DNA of 52,549 bases from a virus (lineage: Duplodnaviria > Caudoviricetes). The number at the start of each line of letters is the position of its first letter. Within the stretch, counting starts at the first letter, position 1. A program made the position numbers and the translations under genes. The notes beneath the pieces were generated by a model. The model did not search any database, was not told the origin of the DNA, and was given only the letters and a program-made list of their open reading frames with translations. Where the stretch lies: the IMG/VR virus record IMGVR_UViG_3300033153_009271, positions 1 to 52,549 of that record. One strand, written 5' to 3'. This document shows positions 36,068-47,600 of the stretch, one piece after another.

Positions 36068-39040
36068 ATGGCTACTGGACTTACACCGGCTGAACGAAGA
36101 GGTCTGGATAGAGCTCGTAGGAATATAGCGTCCGGTACAGCAAACCAGGCGGCCAGAGATCTAGTGGCTCGTGCGGATGCTTTGGCACAGCAAAGCTTGC
36201 CTAGTAGAACTCCAACTGTGCCGATTCAACAATCGATTGGCCCTATACGAACCCCAGATCCGACTCTGACTCCACAGCAGAAAGCTGATTTGGTTGCGGC
36301 TGGTGTACCACCAAGTATCGATCCAAGTAATCTACTGAGTGGTGGTAGGAGTGGTCGTAGGGCTGCACAGGAAGATGTCACAAGACAACGACAGCAGCGG
36401 CCAGATGTGGGAATACGGCCCGGGCAATTCGGAGAGATCGATGAAGCAGCGGGAGAGCGTGTTGTGTTTAAAGTTGTTGATCCTAAAAATCCGGCCGCAG
36501 GGACAAGAGCATATGTGGAAGATGCAGAAGGGAACATATTGAGAGATGCAGGTCCAGTGTTCTCACCAGGACAGCGAACCGCTGAGACGCAGCAACCGGC
36601 AGGGGCACCATTACAGAGTCCTATTGCAAGGGCTGGTGGTGCACCAGGATTCAGCTTTACCCAAGGGCGATTCACAGAGCAAGATTATGCAGATCTGCAG
36701 CAGCAGCGTCAGCAGGATATCAATGCCATTAATATTAGGAAATTGGTACCATTCACTAATAAGGAAGGTGTTACGGTATGGAGAAACGTCGATGATCCTG
36801 GTGAGACTGAAAAGCAAAGGAATGCTCTTAGGATTCAACATAGCCAGGAGGACATCGCACGTGGGGAAGCAAAGAGAGAATCGATGCGTGATAATCCACC
36901 AACTCCTTCTATTGAGACTATGATTAGTGGTCTGCCAGAGGATCAACAAGGACAGGCCTCATCTCTTTATCAGCCAATCTTTGATTATCTGGATCAAGCA
37001 GAAGCATCTGCATTTCAGCAGTATGGAAACTCCGCGAGGGCTATAGAAGTAGGAGATGCGATGCTTGAAAAGTATATCAATGAGACAAGTGACAGGCTTG
37101 CTACTTTTGCTGCACGCCATGATGTGTTTAATCAGACTATTCTGCAGAATCAACTTGATGCGTCTGAGAGACTACGTGATAACGAGAATGCAATAGTAAA
37201 CCGCAACTACGATAGAGCAGATAGTCTGCTTGAGAGACAGATTAGGGATCAGCAGGTTAAGAATGAGCGTGACCGTAAAGATCTCATGCTTGATCTGGCT
37301 ATTGGTAGTAGCAGTGCGGAATCCTCTGCGCATGTAGGGCGTGTATATGAAGCTCTAAAAGCCGGAGACCGTATACTCTCTGATCTTGTATCTGATAGGG
37401 CGTTCTTGAGCCGTGAAGCCTCAGAGAAGTCTCAGGAGGTTGAAAGGAACTTCTTGACTAATGAGAGTAATGCTTATGATAACTACAGAGCATCTGCTAT
37501 GCAGTTGGAGGATAAGATGTTCGACCGTGCGTTAGAGATCGATAAGACTGTGTTTAATTACACAAAGGACAGGAATGATGCGATCACGAAGATGGAGAAC
37601 GATTACTTGAAAGCATTCAGTGAGATAGCTGGCAAGCGTGCGGATGCCGCTGTGGAGAACAATAAGTTCGTGCAGACACAGATGCTTGAGATTGCTAAGT
37701 TCGAGCACAAGAAGGATAATGATAAGTTTAACCAAGTAATTGACCTTGAACGCCTTGATATTAGTCAGGGGAATCTGCAGGTCGCTCAGAGTAGGTACTC
37801 GCTTGATGTAGCGAAGTGGAATAAGACGTTTGATAAAGTCGACCTGAAATTGTCTGAGGCGATGGGTGGGCTCATGGTCAATGAGTATGGAGAGACTGTC
37901 CTTATTGATGGTTATCCGGGGTATATGCCGGGGGCTGGTGGCAGCTACTTTGATGACCCGAGGCTGGATAGCTTGTTCTTCTCTCCGGAAGATTTGTACT
38001 CACGTACGGCTGTGACATTCGGCAAGTGGTCTGGCACCATAGGTACGGGGGATATAATAAGCGGATCGCCAAATCATACTGGTGTGGATAAATATGCGAT
38101 TGATATCGATGGAATGGTTAATGATAAGATTACTCCATTCGTCAATGGATATGTGCAGGAGATTAATGCTCCGGGCTTTGCTAACTATGACCCAAACAGC
38201 CCATACGGGAACTTTGTTACTGCCGTTGACAATAATCGGAATGTCCATCTATACGCACACTTAGATAGGGTTAATTGTAATGAAGGTGATGAATTAAAGC
38301 GTGGCGTCCCGTTTGCTACCATGGGAGCAACTGGCAATGTTATTGACCTTGGTGGTGGCGGTTCGCATTTGCACTATAGGGTGACAGATATCGATGGCAA
38401 TCCTGTCCAGCTAGATAAGTTCATTCCTGCTAGCTCAGATACAGCCATTCCTCTCTCTGGGAAGAGTCCGTATGTGGACAACTTGTGGAATCAGATCACA
38501 GCGCAGAATCCGGGCTTATCAGCCCAGCGCAAAGCTGAGGAGATTATCTCTCGCGCCAACCTTGAAAGTGGTGGCAATCAGAAATTTGTGAATGCTGTCA
38601 AACAGCAGTTGGTTTACGAGTATGGGCAGGGGGATCTCTCAATCTTAGAGCCGTCATCAGAGAGCCGTGTTGCGGGCCTAACGCAGAAGAGGCAAGACGA
38701 AGTGGCTAGGAGTCTGATTGACTTCGAAGAGCGTCTTAGGATGGCAAGGACGAGTAAAGAAGCTGTCTCTATCGGAAAGGAAATTATGAAAGAGAATCGA
38801 GATATTCCTGTCGATCAAATCTATGCTCTCTATGAAACTCAGGGGTACTTCTTCTCTAATAAAACTGGTATGCCAATGCTTCTCAACTTGATACAGTCAC
38901 CATTCCTGGCTCCTTTGCTCGGCAAGGGGCAACAGGCTAGCACAGATATAATCCGCAACCTACGTGTACCGCGATTTGATCCAACAATCACATTGGGAGC
39001 CCAGTCAGGGCTGACCTCTCTTCCGCCTAACTTTAGATAG
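36068..39040 (+). CDS. Internal virion/ejection protein with M23 peptidase domain
   Basis: Long coiled coil, then HTGVDKYAIDID, YGNFV, YAHL, GATG, HLHY. Confidence 0.8.
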   Translation: MATGLTPAERRGLDRARRNIASGTANQAARDLVARADALAQQSLPSRTPTVPIQQSIGPIRTPDPTLTPQQKADLVAAGVPPSIDPSNLLSGGRSGRRAAQEDVTRQRQQRPDVGIRPGQFGEIDEAAGERVVFKVVDPKNPAAGTRAYVEDAEGNILRDAGPVFSPGQRTAETQQPAGAPLQSPIARAGGAPGFSFTQGRFTEQDYADLQQQRQQDINAINIRKLVPFTNKEGVTVWRNVDDPGETEKQRNALRIQHSQEDIARGEAKRESMRDNPPTPSIETMISGLPEDQQGQASSLYQPIFDYLDQAEASAFQQYGNSARAIEVGDAMLEKYINETSDRLATFAARHDVFNQTILQNQLDASERLRDNENAIVNRNYDRADSLLERQIRDQQVKNERDRKDLMLDLAIGSSSAESSAHVGRVYEALKAGDRILSDLVSDRAFLSREASEKSQEVERNFLTNESNAYDNYRASAMQLEDKMFDRALEIDKTVFNYTKDRNDAITKMENDYLKAFSEIAGKRADAAVENNKFVQTQMLEIAKFEHKKDNDKFNQVIDLERLDISQGNLQVAQSRYSLDVAKWNKTFDKVDLKLSEAMGGLMVNEYGETVLIDGYPGYMPGAGGSYFDDPRLDSLFFSPEDLYSRTAVTFGKWSGTIGTGDIISGSPNHTGVDKYAIDIDGMVNDKITPFVNGYVQEINAPGFANYDPNSPYGNFVTAVDNNRNVHLYAHLDRVNCNEGDELKRGVPFATMGATGNVIDLGGGGSHLHYRVTDIDGNPVQLDKFIPASSDTAIPLSGKSPYVDNLWNQITAQNPGLSAQRKAEEIISRANLESGGNQKFVNAVKQQLVYEYGQGDLSILEPSSESRVAGLTQKRQDEVARSLIDFEERLRMARTSKEAVSIGKEIMKENRDIPVDQIYALYETQGYFFSNKTGMPMLLNLIQSPFLAPLLGKGQQASTDIIRNLRVPRFDPTITLGAQSGLTSLPPNFR

Positions 39041-39042
39041 CT

Positions 39043-42000
39043 ATGGCTAACCAGCTTATGACACCGGCTCAGAACATGACTCCGGTAGGCGGGATGACTC
39101 CTGCACCACGTATCCCAAGTACGACTATCAATCCACAGTTTGCTGAGGCGATCAGAGCAGTTGAGAGCGTTGGAGTGCAGAATATGTCTTCTGTGGATGC
39201 TCGCATACCATCACCGACAATTAGCTCGGCATTCCGTAGAAATCTCCCGTGGGGCAATCCTGTGAAGAACGCATTGGAGGTCTCAGATCGTGAAAATCTA
39301 CGCAACTTCCAACAGAAGAAGCTTAATGATACGTACAACAATTGGGTCAAAAGATGGACTGGGCGCGGCAGGGAACTTGAAGTTGATACCTTACTCGATG
39401 AGAGAGGTAGACTGCAGTATCTCAATAGAGCAACTGGGATCATGTCTGATCTCAAGAGTGTGTATGACAACCTTGATACGTGGGCAGAAGAACTCCAAGG
39501 GCAACTGAATATCCTTGATTACTCAAGGGACATGGAGAGTGCATTTGATAAAACCCTCACGCCTGACTTCCGGAATGTCAGCGGGGATATGGAGGCGTTC
39601 TTCAATCGGGAGAAGCAAAGGTTGAATATCAACAGACCACTTAAGCGTAGTGAGCGCAATGCTTTGGCAACTAAATATATGAATCGTATTGCTAAAGGGG
39701 TAGATCCTCAGACAGGAGACTTCTTCGAGAGACTTGCAGATTCTCATCTCCCTGCTATTGATATCTCTGCCAAGATTTCAAATACTTTGATGGGCATCGC
39801 ACAGAGGGCTGGTAGAGGAGCAGCAGAACTAAAGAGGCTTTCTCCGGAAGACAGGGCAGGAGTCGTTCCTGCCTTCACAAAGAGCACGGTGCAGGGGGCA
39901 TTCGATGCCATCCCTTTGCTTAATAAGCTTACGCAGAAGAAAGTGGGAGATCTGGTGGTGAGAGGTGACGCACTATACTACGACGGATTCTACGTTGGGA
40001 ATCTGAATATGACGGAAGGAGAAAGGATTGGTACGCGCGGTGGACAGGTCACTGGTGGTCTACTCGGCAACATTGCTCTTTATACAGCCTTGTCTCCTAT
40101 TCTGGAGGCGCAAATACTCAGAAGTAGTGCATTTATAGGTAAATACCTACGCACACCCGTTAAACTTGCCGCAATCCGTGGCTCAAAGATTGAGCAGAGG
40201 GTACTAAAGGCCATTGATACAACCACAGCTTCAGGTCTACACAAATGGGCGAAGCAAAACCCTCTAGCTTTCAGAATGTCTCTTGTGAATCTCGCCGAGG
40301 AAACTGTTCAAGCCACTACAAGCAAGTTGTCTGGATATGAATACACAAAGGATGACTTTTATATGGGTATGCTGCTTGGCGGCGCATTCGAGGTAGTTTT
40401 CTCATCCATGCGCGGTCGCCCAAAGTTCAAGAACTTCGATAGCCCTAACGTCAAGAATGTCGCAATGAGGGAATTGGAGCAACATGTATCTGATTACTAT
40501 GACGCCACTGGATCGTTTAGAAATGTGAGACAATTCAGTCACTTCATGGGGGATACAGAGATTGGACGGACCGGTAGGACGTGGAATGATCTCTTCCAAG
40601 AGCACCGACTAATCTACTACAACGATCCTAACCTCCGCAGGAAAGCTCAATTACCGGAAGACCCAGAAGTTAGGTTCTGGAGTGCCATCGGTGACAGTGA
40701 TGGAAACTTCTCACGATTCGAACCTCGCCCACAGGCAAGACGTGTGAAGGCTATTACAGACGTAGATGCATTCTCATATAAAGGAGACGACGGAAGATGG
40801 CATGTAGTAGAGGAGCGGTCTGGTGTCGGACTGACGACACGTGGTGGATTTGATACTAAAGGTGCAGCCATTGTTGATGCGCAGGCTAATATAGCAAGGC
40901 TCAAGGCAGAAGGTGGTGATGTTAGATCTTCTATCCAAAAGAAGATTGATGCGCATGGTACTACTCCTGCATTCAAAAGGATAGACAAGACTCTTCCAAA
41001 AGGAGATCCTGAGACACCAAAACAATTTAATGACTTTCTTGACGATATTCGACAAAGGATTCCTGTTACTAAATATCCTGAGAAACCAAGCATCCGTGAT
41101 GCTGATGCTGTGCAACATTCTTTGGAGATGACAGGAGATGACCTTGCTTATCGTCCTGTTGGTGGAGATGAGGGTAAGAATCTGCCGGATACCGTAAAGA
41201 AAGTCGATGAATCACCAGAATCAGATATCGAAAGATTGTCAAAGAAGCATAACGGTGACATACGTAAAATTAAGCGAGAGCTGGAGCGCAAGCATGGCGT
41301 TGAGATGCGTCCGGAGAGAGAATTACTGTTAATGACCAGCGAGGCACGCCGTGCTCTCCCTGCGGACTTTAAAGGCTCTATAGAACAGGTCAGAGGAGAC
41401 CTTAAGAAGAAAGGTATCTCAGATGAAGCTATTGATCAATTAATGATGGATGGTTACTCACTGCGTGACAATATAAGGATGGATGAGAGTGGACGCATGA
41501 AGGTAGATGAAGAGGTATGGACGCAACTAAGAACCTTGAAAGATAATGGAGGAATCGTAGAACCGCCAGATCCGAGAGAGTTACCAGATGACTTCTGGGG
41601 AAAGATGCGTGGTGGGTTTACTAGCGTGATGCAGTCGCTTATGCCAACAGAGGTTTATGCCAATATGGTTGATAAGGGGAAATTAACGTATGATGGGCCG
41701 TTTATGAGGATGATGATATGGCCTGTCCAGGATGCTGCGACAAAAGCCGCTCGAAGGACGCACGCATGGAGTCTCGAACATAGTAAGATGCGTGGTGACC
41801 TGACACCTGATCAGATCCGTGATACAGATCTATGGGGTCTTACTCAGATGGACCCACCGGCGGAGAGTGCGTTTCGTAGTATGCGGGAGTATGTACAAGT
41901 TCAGCTTGCTAAGGCTAACGCGGAGATGCGCAAGGCTAATCCAGAACATGTTGATATTGTTATTCCAGAAAAGCCCTCACCGGCGCAGCAGAAGATATAT

Positions 42001-43386
42001 GATTACTGGAGGAATTCTATGGATGATATCCATCCGGAACTTAAGCAGGCCGCTCTGGATTCAACTGGTGAGGACATTGGATTCATTGAGAGATATCTCC
42101 CAATCCAACTTGATCGTGATGAGCTTATCAATGCTGGGATCATCGACAAGAATAATCAGATTAGCCATTTCATACGCAGGCGCACGCCAGATATGTCGAA
42201 TCTAAAGGAGAGGAGACTTTCTGACATTTTGATTAAGATGGATGCCTATGAGTTGATGGAAAGGTATATGGAGAAGGCTCACTACTTCATAGAGATGGGA
42301 CCGCTTTGTGCACGCATAAAGCATTTTGTAGAGCAGCCTGAATTTGGGGATATCTATGGTGCGGGAGCCCAAAAGTATTTCCGAGATGACTGGATTCAAG
42401 ATGTGTTGCGCGGTAATAAAACTGTGTCCTCCCCAGCGTGGAAGGCTGTAGCGATGCTCCGTACGAACCTAAGTAGGTTCGCTCTCTCATTCCGTGGTAC
42501 GTCTATTGCAAAGCAGGCGATTGCTGCGCTTAATACGTCTGCGAAGATCGATTTGGTTTCTGGGAAGCCCGGAACAGGTCTTAGTTATCTGCAGTCAAAC
42601 ATAGGTAAACTTAGGGACCCGAATGTCCGGAAACTCCATCTGGACAACTCACAGCATCTTATGAGAAGGCTACCAGATATCGCATTTGAGAGGATCGAGA
42701 AGCCAAAGGCCGGCTCTCTTGCAGGTAGAGCTGAAGAGATTTCTGAGATTGGTCTTAAGCCACTGAAGGTAATTGACTTTGAGGCAGCAATGTTGGGGCA
42801 TATTGCAGCAAAAGAATTTGCGGTGCGGGAACTTGGCATGAGCTTCGATGATGCTATGAGATTCGCAGACTCGACCGTGCGCACGACTCAAGGATCTACA
42901 GAGCTTGAGAACCTGCCAAAGGCGTTCAAAAATGACATGGGTCTTGTATTCTTGCAATTTAATACGTTTGTAAATGCTAACTTTAACTTTGTCAAGCAGG
43001 ATTTGCTAAGGGCTGGTTTGATAGAGAAAGGTGCACCACCTTCAGCGGTAGCCTCGGCATTCTCAACGGTGATGGTAGGAGTGATGATGGAGAAGGCTAT
43101 CTCTGACGAGTACTACAAGCTTAAGACAGGAATGGCACCACGTTTCTCTGGGAATATGTTTAGCTACAAATACTTCTCTACACTCGCAACAGACTTCGTA
43201 CCTGGTCTGAGTGCAACAGCAGAGGGATCACCAATTGGACGATCATTCGGGAACCTACTTACAAGCTTTGAAGCTGGCCCAGGTGCTCGACAAGGAATTC
43301 GAGCGGCAAAGGGTGGAGCCGCACTGTTCGGTGTGCCAGGTGGTGCGCAGATGATAGATCTATTTGAATTCGGAATACGGCAGTAA
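39043..43386 (+). CDS. Large internal virion/DNA-ejection protein (probable)
   Basis: 1447 aa; ADSTVRTTQG..FLQF pattern in C-terminal region; podovirus context. Confidence 0.65.
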   Translation: MANQLMTPAQNMTPVGGMTPAPRIPSTTINPQFAEAIRAVESVGVQNMSSVDARIPSPTISSAFRRNLPWGNPVKNALEVSDRENLRNFQQKKLNDTYNNWVKRWTGRGRELEVDTLLDERGRLQYLNRATGIMSDLKSVYDNLDTWAEELQGQLNILDYSRDMESAFDKTLTPDFRNVSGDMEAFFNREKQRLNINRPLKRSERNALATKYMNRIAKGVDPQTGDFFERLADSHLPAIDISAKISNTLMGIAQRAGRGAAELKRLSPEDRAGVVPAFTKSTVQGAFDAIPLLNKLTQKKVGDLVVRGDALYYDGFYVGNLNMTEGERIGTRGGQVTGGLLGNIALYTALSPILEAQILRSSAFIGKYLRTPVKLAAIRGSKIEQRVLKAIDTTTASGLHKWAKQNPLAFRMSLVNLAEETVQATTSKLSGYEYTKDDFYMGMLLGGAFEVVFSSMRGRPKFKNFDSPNVKNVAMRELEQHVSDYYDATGSFRNVRQFSHFMGDTEIGRTGRTWNDLFQEHRLIYYNDPNLRRKAQLPEDPEVRFWSAIGDSDGNFSRFEPRPQARRVKAITDVDAFSYKGDDGRWHVVEERSGVGLTTRGGFDTKGAAIVDAQANIARLKAEGGDVRSSIQKKIDAHGTTPAFKRIDKTLPKGDPETPKQFNDFLDDIRQRIPVTKYPEKPSIRDADAVQHSLEMTGDDLAYRPVGGDEGKNLPDTVKKVDESPESDIERLSKKHNGDIRKIKRELERKHGVEMRPERELLLMTSEARRALPADFKGSIEQVRGDLKKKGISDEAIDQLMMDGYSLRDNIRMDESGRMKVDEEVWTQLRTLKDNGGIVEPPDPRELPDDFWGKMRGGFTSVMQSLMPTEVYANMVDKGKLTYDGPFMRMMIWPVQDAATKAARRTHAWSLEHSKMRGDLTPDQIRDTDLWGLTQMDPPAESAFRSMREYVQVQLAKANAEMRKANPEHVDIVIPEKPSPAQQKIYDYWRNSMDDIHPELKQAALDSTGEDIGFIERYLPIQLDRDELINAGIIDKNNQISHFIRRRTPDMSNLKERRLSDILIKMDAYELMERYMEKAHYFIEMGPLCARIKHFVEQPEFGDIYGAGAQKYFRDDWIQDVLRGNKTVSSPAWKAVAMLRTNLSRFALSFRGTSIAKQAIAALNTSAKIDLVSGKPGTGLSYLQSNIGKLRDPNVRKLHLDNSQHLMRRLPDIAFERIEKPKAGSLAGRAEEISEIGLKPLKVIDFEAAMLGHIAAKEFAVRELGMSFDDAMRFADSTVRTTQGSTELENLPKAFKNDMGLVFLQFNTFVNANFNFVKQDLLRAGLIEKGAPPSAVASAFSTVMVGVMMEKAISDEYYKLKTGMAPRFSGNMFSYKYFSTLATDFVPGLSATAEGSPIGRSFGNLLTSFEAGPGARQGIRAAKGGAALFGVPGGAQMIDLFEFGIRQ

Positions 43387-43422
43387 TGCTATACTATATT
43401 TGTTATCTTTACCCCCATTCTC

Positions 43423-43812
43423 ATGTCTTCTACAAGAGGATATCCAGTCCCCAAGCCAGAATCAATACCGGGCCTCAGCACATTATTCGATGCTGATGGA
43501 GACAATACTGCCCAAGTGTGTTCTACGACTGCAGGTAAGTTGTATGCACTCAGTGTGTCAAATATCAACGCAGCAGACGCATTTATTCAGCTACACGATG
43601 TAGTTGCCGGTAGTGTTGTAGTTGGTACTACGACACCGTTGTGTTCAATACACATCCCAAAGGGGGATGCCACAGATGCTGCGAATACAACAATAGTATT
43701 CCCGATACCTATTGATTTCGGTACAGCAATCACGTACGTCTGTACTACAACTGCTGCAGGCAGTACTGACCCAGCAGCTGGGCTAGTAGTGAATCTGTTC
43801 TATGCAAACTGA
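43423..43812 (+). CDS. Virion protein, paralog 1
   Basis: LYAL..N.NAADAFIQLHD..VVVGTTTP; similar to 44318..44698. Confidence 0.72.
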   Translation: MSSTRGYPVPKPESIPGLSTLFDADGDNTAQVCSTTAGKLYALSVSNINAADAFIQLHDVVAGSVVVGTTTPLCSIHIPKGDATDAANTTIVFPIPIDFGTAITYVCTTTAAGSTDPAAGLVVNLFYAN

Positions 43813-44402
43813 TGCCTCTCATTTATCCGCCGAAGACTAAGGTGTTTCTACACCGCTTGGAAATCAAGCTGGACGAAACTCGTAAAGTATTCAATGAGGT
43901 CAAAGATAGTCAGGGTGGTGAAGTACAATGTCATTATTTCATTGAACAAGACGGTACTGTCGTACAATCGAAAAATGAATGGTATCCAGTGAAGTATCCT
44001 GATAAGCGCATTGATCGATACACAGTATTGAGTATCTGGCTTGCTGGATCTCAGACTTCCCAACACCAGTTAGTATCTCTCCTGCGTCTACTGGACATGG
44101 CTAAGAGACGCTACCGTATTAAACTCTCGCGTGTATATGACAATACGAAGAATGCAGATATTCTGAGAGCGCTAATTACATATTTCAACGATGAGCAGAT
44201 TAGTCGTCGGTGGATACTTGAGTTGTCAAAAAGTAAGAGCTCTCATCGGAGCGATCTGCTATCGATCTGCCGGGATAATCTTAAAAATACGAATCTTAAA
44301 TCTTTTACCTCTCAATCATGCCCGAGTATTCGTACATCGCAGCGCATAATGCCGCAGATGGATGCGAGACCCACTTCAATGCAAGCGCGGCAGCTGGCTT
44401 AG
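43812..44402 (+). CDS. Degenerate amidase_2-like protein
   Basis: FLH..HYFIEQDG..SIWLAG..QL.SL..L....RRYRI..VY aligns with the endolysin; distal His/Cys ligands not seen. Confidence 0.6.
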   Translation: MPLIYPPKTKVFLHRLEIKLDETRKVFNEVKDSQGGEVQCHYFIEQDGTVVQSKNEWYPVKYPDKRIDRYTVLSIWLAGSQTSQHQLVSLLRLLDMAKRRYRIKLSRVYDNTKNADILRALITYFNDEQISRRWILELSKSKSSHRSDLLSICRDNLKNTNLKSFTSQSCPSIRTSQRIMPQMDARPTSMQARQLA

Positions 44403-44698
44403 TTGCTGTCACAACATACGAGGTTAATCTCTATGGAATTGTATCTTACAATTCCAATGCTGTTGATGCGTTTCTACAGATATTCGATGCGATTGCTGCT
44501 GATATTACGCTCGGGACTACAACACCGACCTTAAGTCTGCCTATACCGGCAGGTGGAAGTTCTACTGGAGGAGGTATGGATAATATTCTTGTCGTCCCTA
44601 CACATTTTAGTACAGCGATGACATATGCTGTTACAACTACTGCTACTGGATCTACACCACTTGGAGCGAATCTTATAGTCAATATTCTCTTCAAATAA
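44318..44698 (+). CDS. Virion protein, paralog 2
   Basis: LYGI..N.NAVDAFLQIFD..ITLGTTTP. Confidence 0.72.
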   Translation: MPEYSYIAAHNAADGCETHFNASAAAGLVAVTTYEVNLYGIVSYNSNAVDAFLQIFDAIAADITLGTTTPTLSLPIPAGGSSTGGGMDNILVVPTHFSTAMTYAVTTTATGSTPLGANLIVNILFK

Positions 44699-44699
44699 A

Positions 44700-47600
44700 A
44701 TGGGACATTTTACGCCAGAGTATACGGATGAAGAAGCCCAAGATTCGATTGGCGGTATTCTTGATGATGGGACTATTGGTAATATTGTTTTCACTTATGA
44801 TGATGCAGGAAATACCATATCGGCAGTAACACAAGATGGTGAGATTGATCATGATCAATTGATGAATTTCGTTGCTAATGAACATATTGATTGGACCAAT
44901 ACTTCATCTGATATTTCCACAACTGGTACTGGATCATCATTTGGTGGGATCACAGACACCTCGATTACAAATCACCATGTGGTTTTTTCTAAGAGTGGCG
45001 TACTTTCTGGTGAAGCTAGAATGACGTATGACGATGATACAGATATATTAGAAGTTTGGATTGTCAAAACAACCGCGCTAGGAGTTAGTGGATGGACCAC
45101 CAATTCTATTCCCTTCATGGCTGCTACCGATTATTTTACAGAAGATACAGATTTTAACTTTGTATCTGCTACAGATACGTTATATGTACCAAACATCATC
45201 AACACAATGGCTGCTGATGATACTTATGCAATTTATATAGATGGTGTTACTAATGCTAATACCGTAGCAGGTACTACATATGGAATTCATACAGAACTAG
45301 AGAATAGTTCTGCTAGCGGTACTCATATTGGGCATAAAATAGGTTTGGATCTACTTACTACCGCTGGTGCTTCGACAATCGGATATGGAATATGGTCTGA
45401 TGTATCGAGAGAGGCTACAGGTTCTTATTCTAATACTACAGGTATTGGTAAAATGGTAGCTGTAATTGGTAATGTTACTTCAAACCCCGTTGCTTATGAA
45501 AATACTGGAGCTGTGAATAGAACAATTGTGAATGATGGTGTTACTGGTGCAGTTACTGTCGGTGGGGTTATGACTCAAAGTGGAGCAGGCACGATAAAAC
45601 AATTGGCTAGAGGTGGTGTTTTTACGGCCGTCGGCCTTGCATCTGGAGATGTTATATCAGATACGATTGGACTACGAACAAGCGCACAAGGATCTGCTGC
45701 TGGCACAAGTACTACTTATGGTGTGTATGCTGAAGCTTCCGGTGCTGATACTAATTATACCTTCTATAACGCTTCTGTTGCCGTTGATTATGCTTTCTAT
45801 TCTCTTGGTGGCGATGTAGAGCTTACAGGAGGCAACCTTACAACTACAGGGCTTGGGACGTTTGCTGATGTCGATCTTACAGATATGAAATATAGCACTC
45901 CGACATATACTTCACTGCACGACTGGGCTTCTATCACGCAATCATCAGGACTTATTTCAGGCGGAGTGATATCTGATGCCACTGGTGGGAATATAAATGT
46001 AACTGCAGGTTGTGGAATAGCTAAAACTGGAGCAGCCGAAATTGACCCTGCTGTATTTGTAGATTTTGATGCAAGAAACGGCATAGCGATAGCTTCTGGC
46101 ACAAAGCATACGGTTTATGTTGATTATGATGCTTCTCCTCAAGTTGCGGTTACTACAACCCCCTCTGTTGACATAGATCACACGACTAAGTTCTCAATAG
46201 GTTCTGTCTTCTATGATGGGACTACAATGCACATTTTGAATGAAGCAGGAATGCGAATTTATAACCTTGCGAGACGTGTTCATCATAGGGCAAAACAATT
46301 AAGAAGATTTGAGAGAGCTTCAGGTTTAGTAATCAGCGACAAAGGAACAAGACATTTCGCAATAACTAGTGGTGTGATATACGCTGGATTGAATTCAATA
46401 AGTATCACAGGAGTAGACACCACCACGCCTACTGATTATATTTCCTGGTATTATGATGCTGATGCTGGACCCGCTGCTTGGGTTACCGATACTACAAATA
46501 CCCAACTGGATAATGTTTACTACAATGACCCTGAAACAGGAGCAGGTGATGCCTTATTAGCATTAGGCACTAACAGATATGGAGTCCATTGGATATATAT
46601 GGATGTGGATAACCATTGCAATGTAATTTACGGACAAGGGAGTTATACGCTTACACAAGCACAAAACTCTACACCACCTGCTTTTATCCCGCCTTTGTTA
46701 GACCAGTTTGCTATTTTGATAGCAAGAGTCATTGTCCAAGAGGGCGAAGCTGAAATTATTGAACTATCAACTGCTTTTGATAAATTGTTTGCGGTATCTA
46801 CCCCTACCCAACATGATGAGTTGGGGACATTGGCTTGGACTTCTGCCGGACACACGGGGACAGTTTCAACTCTAGCGGGGTTTGACGGAGCAGGAGCAGC
46901 AACTAATTATACAGAGGCAAATTATATTTTAGCAGACGGATCAAGACCAATGACTGCTAATTGGAATGTTGGGAACTTTAATCTGACAACAGCTGGAGAT
47001 ATAACAGGGGACAAAGTAAATATAAATGGATTAGTTGGTGAAATTGGGGGAATAGTTTTTATCGGCTCTGCAAATGGAGAACTTCAAGCAGATAATGAAG
47101 CTCTAAAATGGGACAACAATAATTACAAGCTGATCAGAGGGACATTAGAATTAACAAGTGGAGAGATAACTGATACGAGCGGTGCTATAAGTTTTGGAGA
47201 TGAAAATTTATCTACAACAGGGGCAGGAACTTTTGGTGGTGGAGCTAATGCTGTTCAACTAACAGTTACAGGCAACGCTTCACAGACAGCAGATCTGGTA
47301 TATGTAGAGAATAGTGCTTCCGACCCGTTGCTTGTTGTAACTTCCACAGGGCAACTTGGAGTAGGGGCTTCTCCCACCGCTAACTATCGAGCACATATCG
47401 TTATGGCAAGCACAGACACAACAGGCTTGTATGTTGATGGTTATACAAATGGTTTTACAACCTCCGCCACAGATACCAAAACCATGAATGTATTGAGCAA
47501 AATAGATTTGGGTGCTGGCGGTATAATTGCAAACCATACAGCTTTTCAGGGAACTCTTGCATTTACAAACGATTCAATAGAAGTACCTGTTTATAAAACT

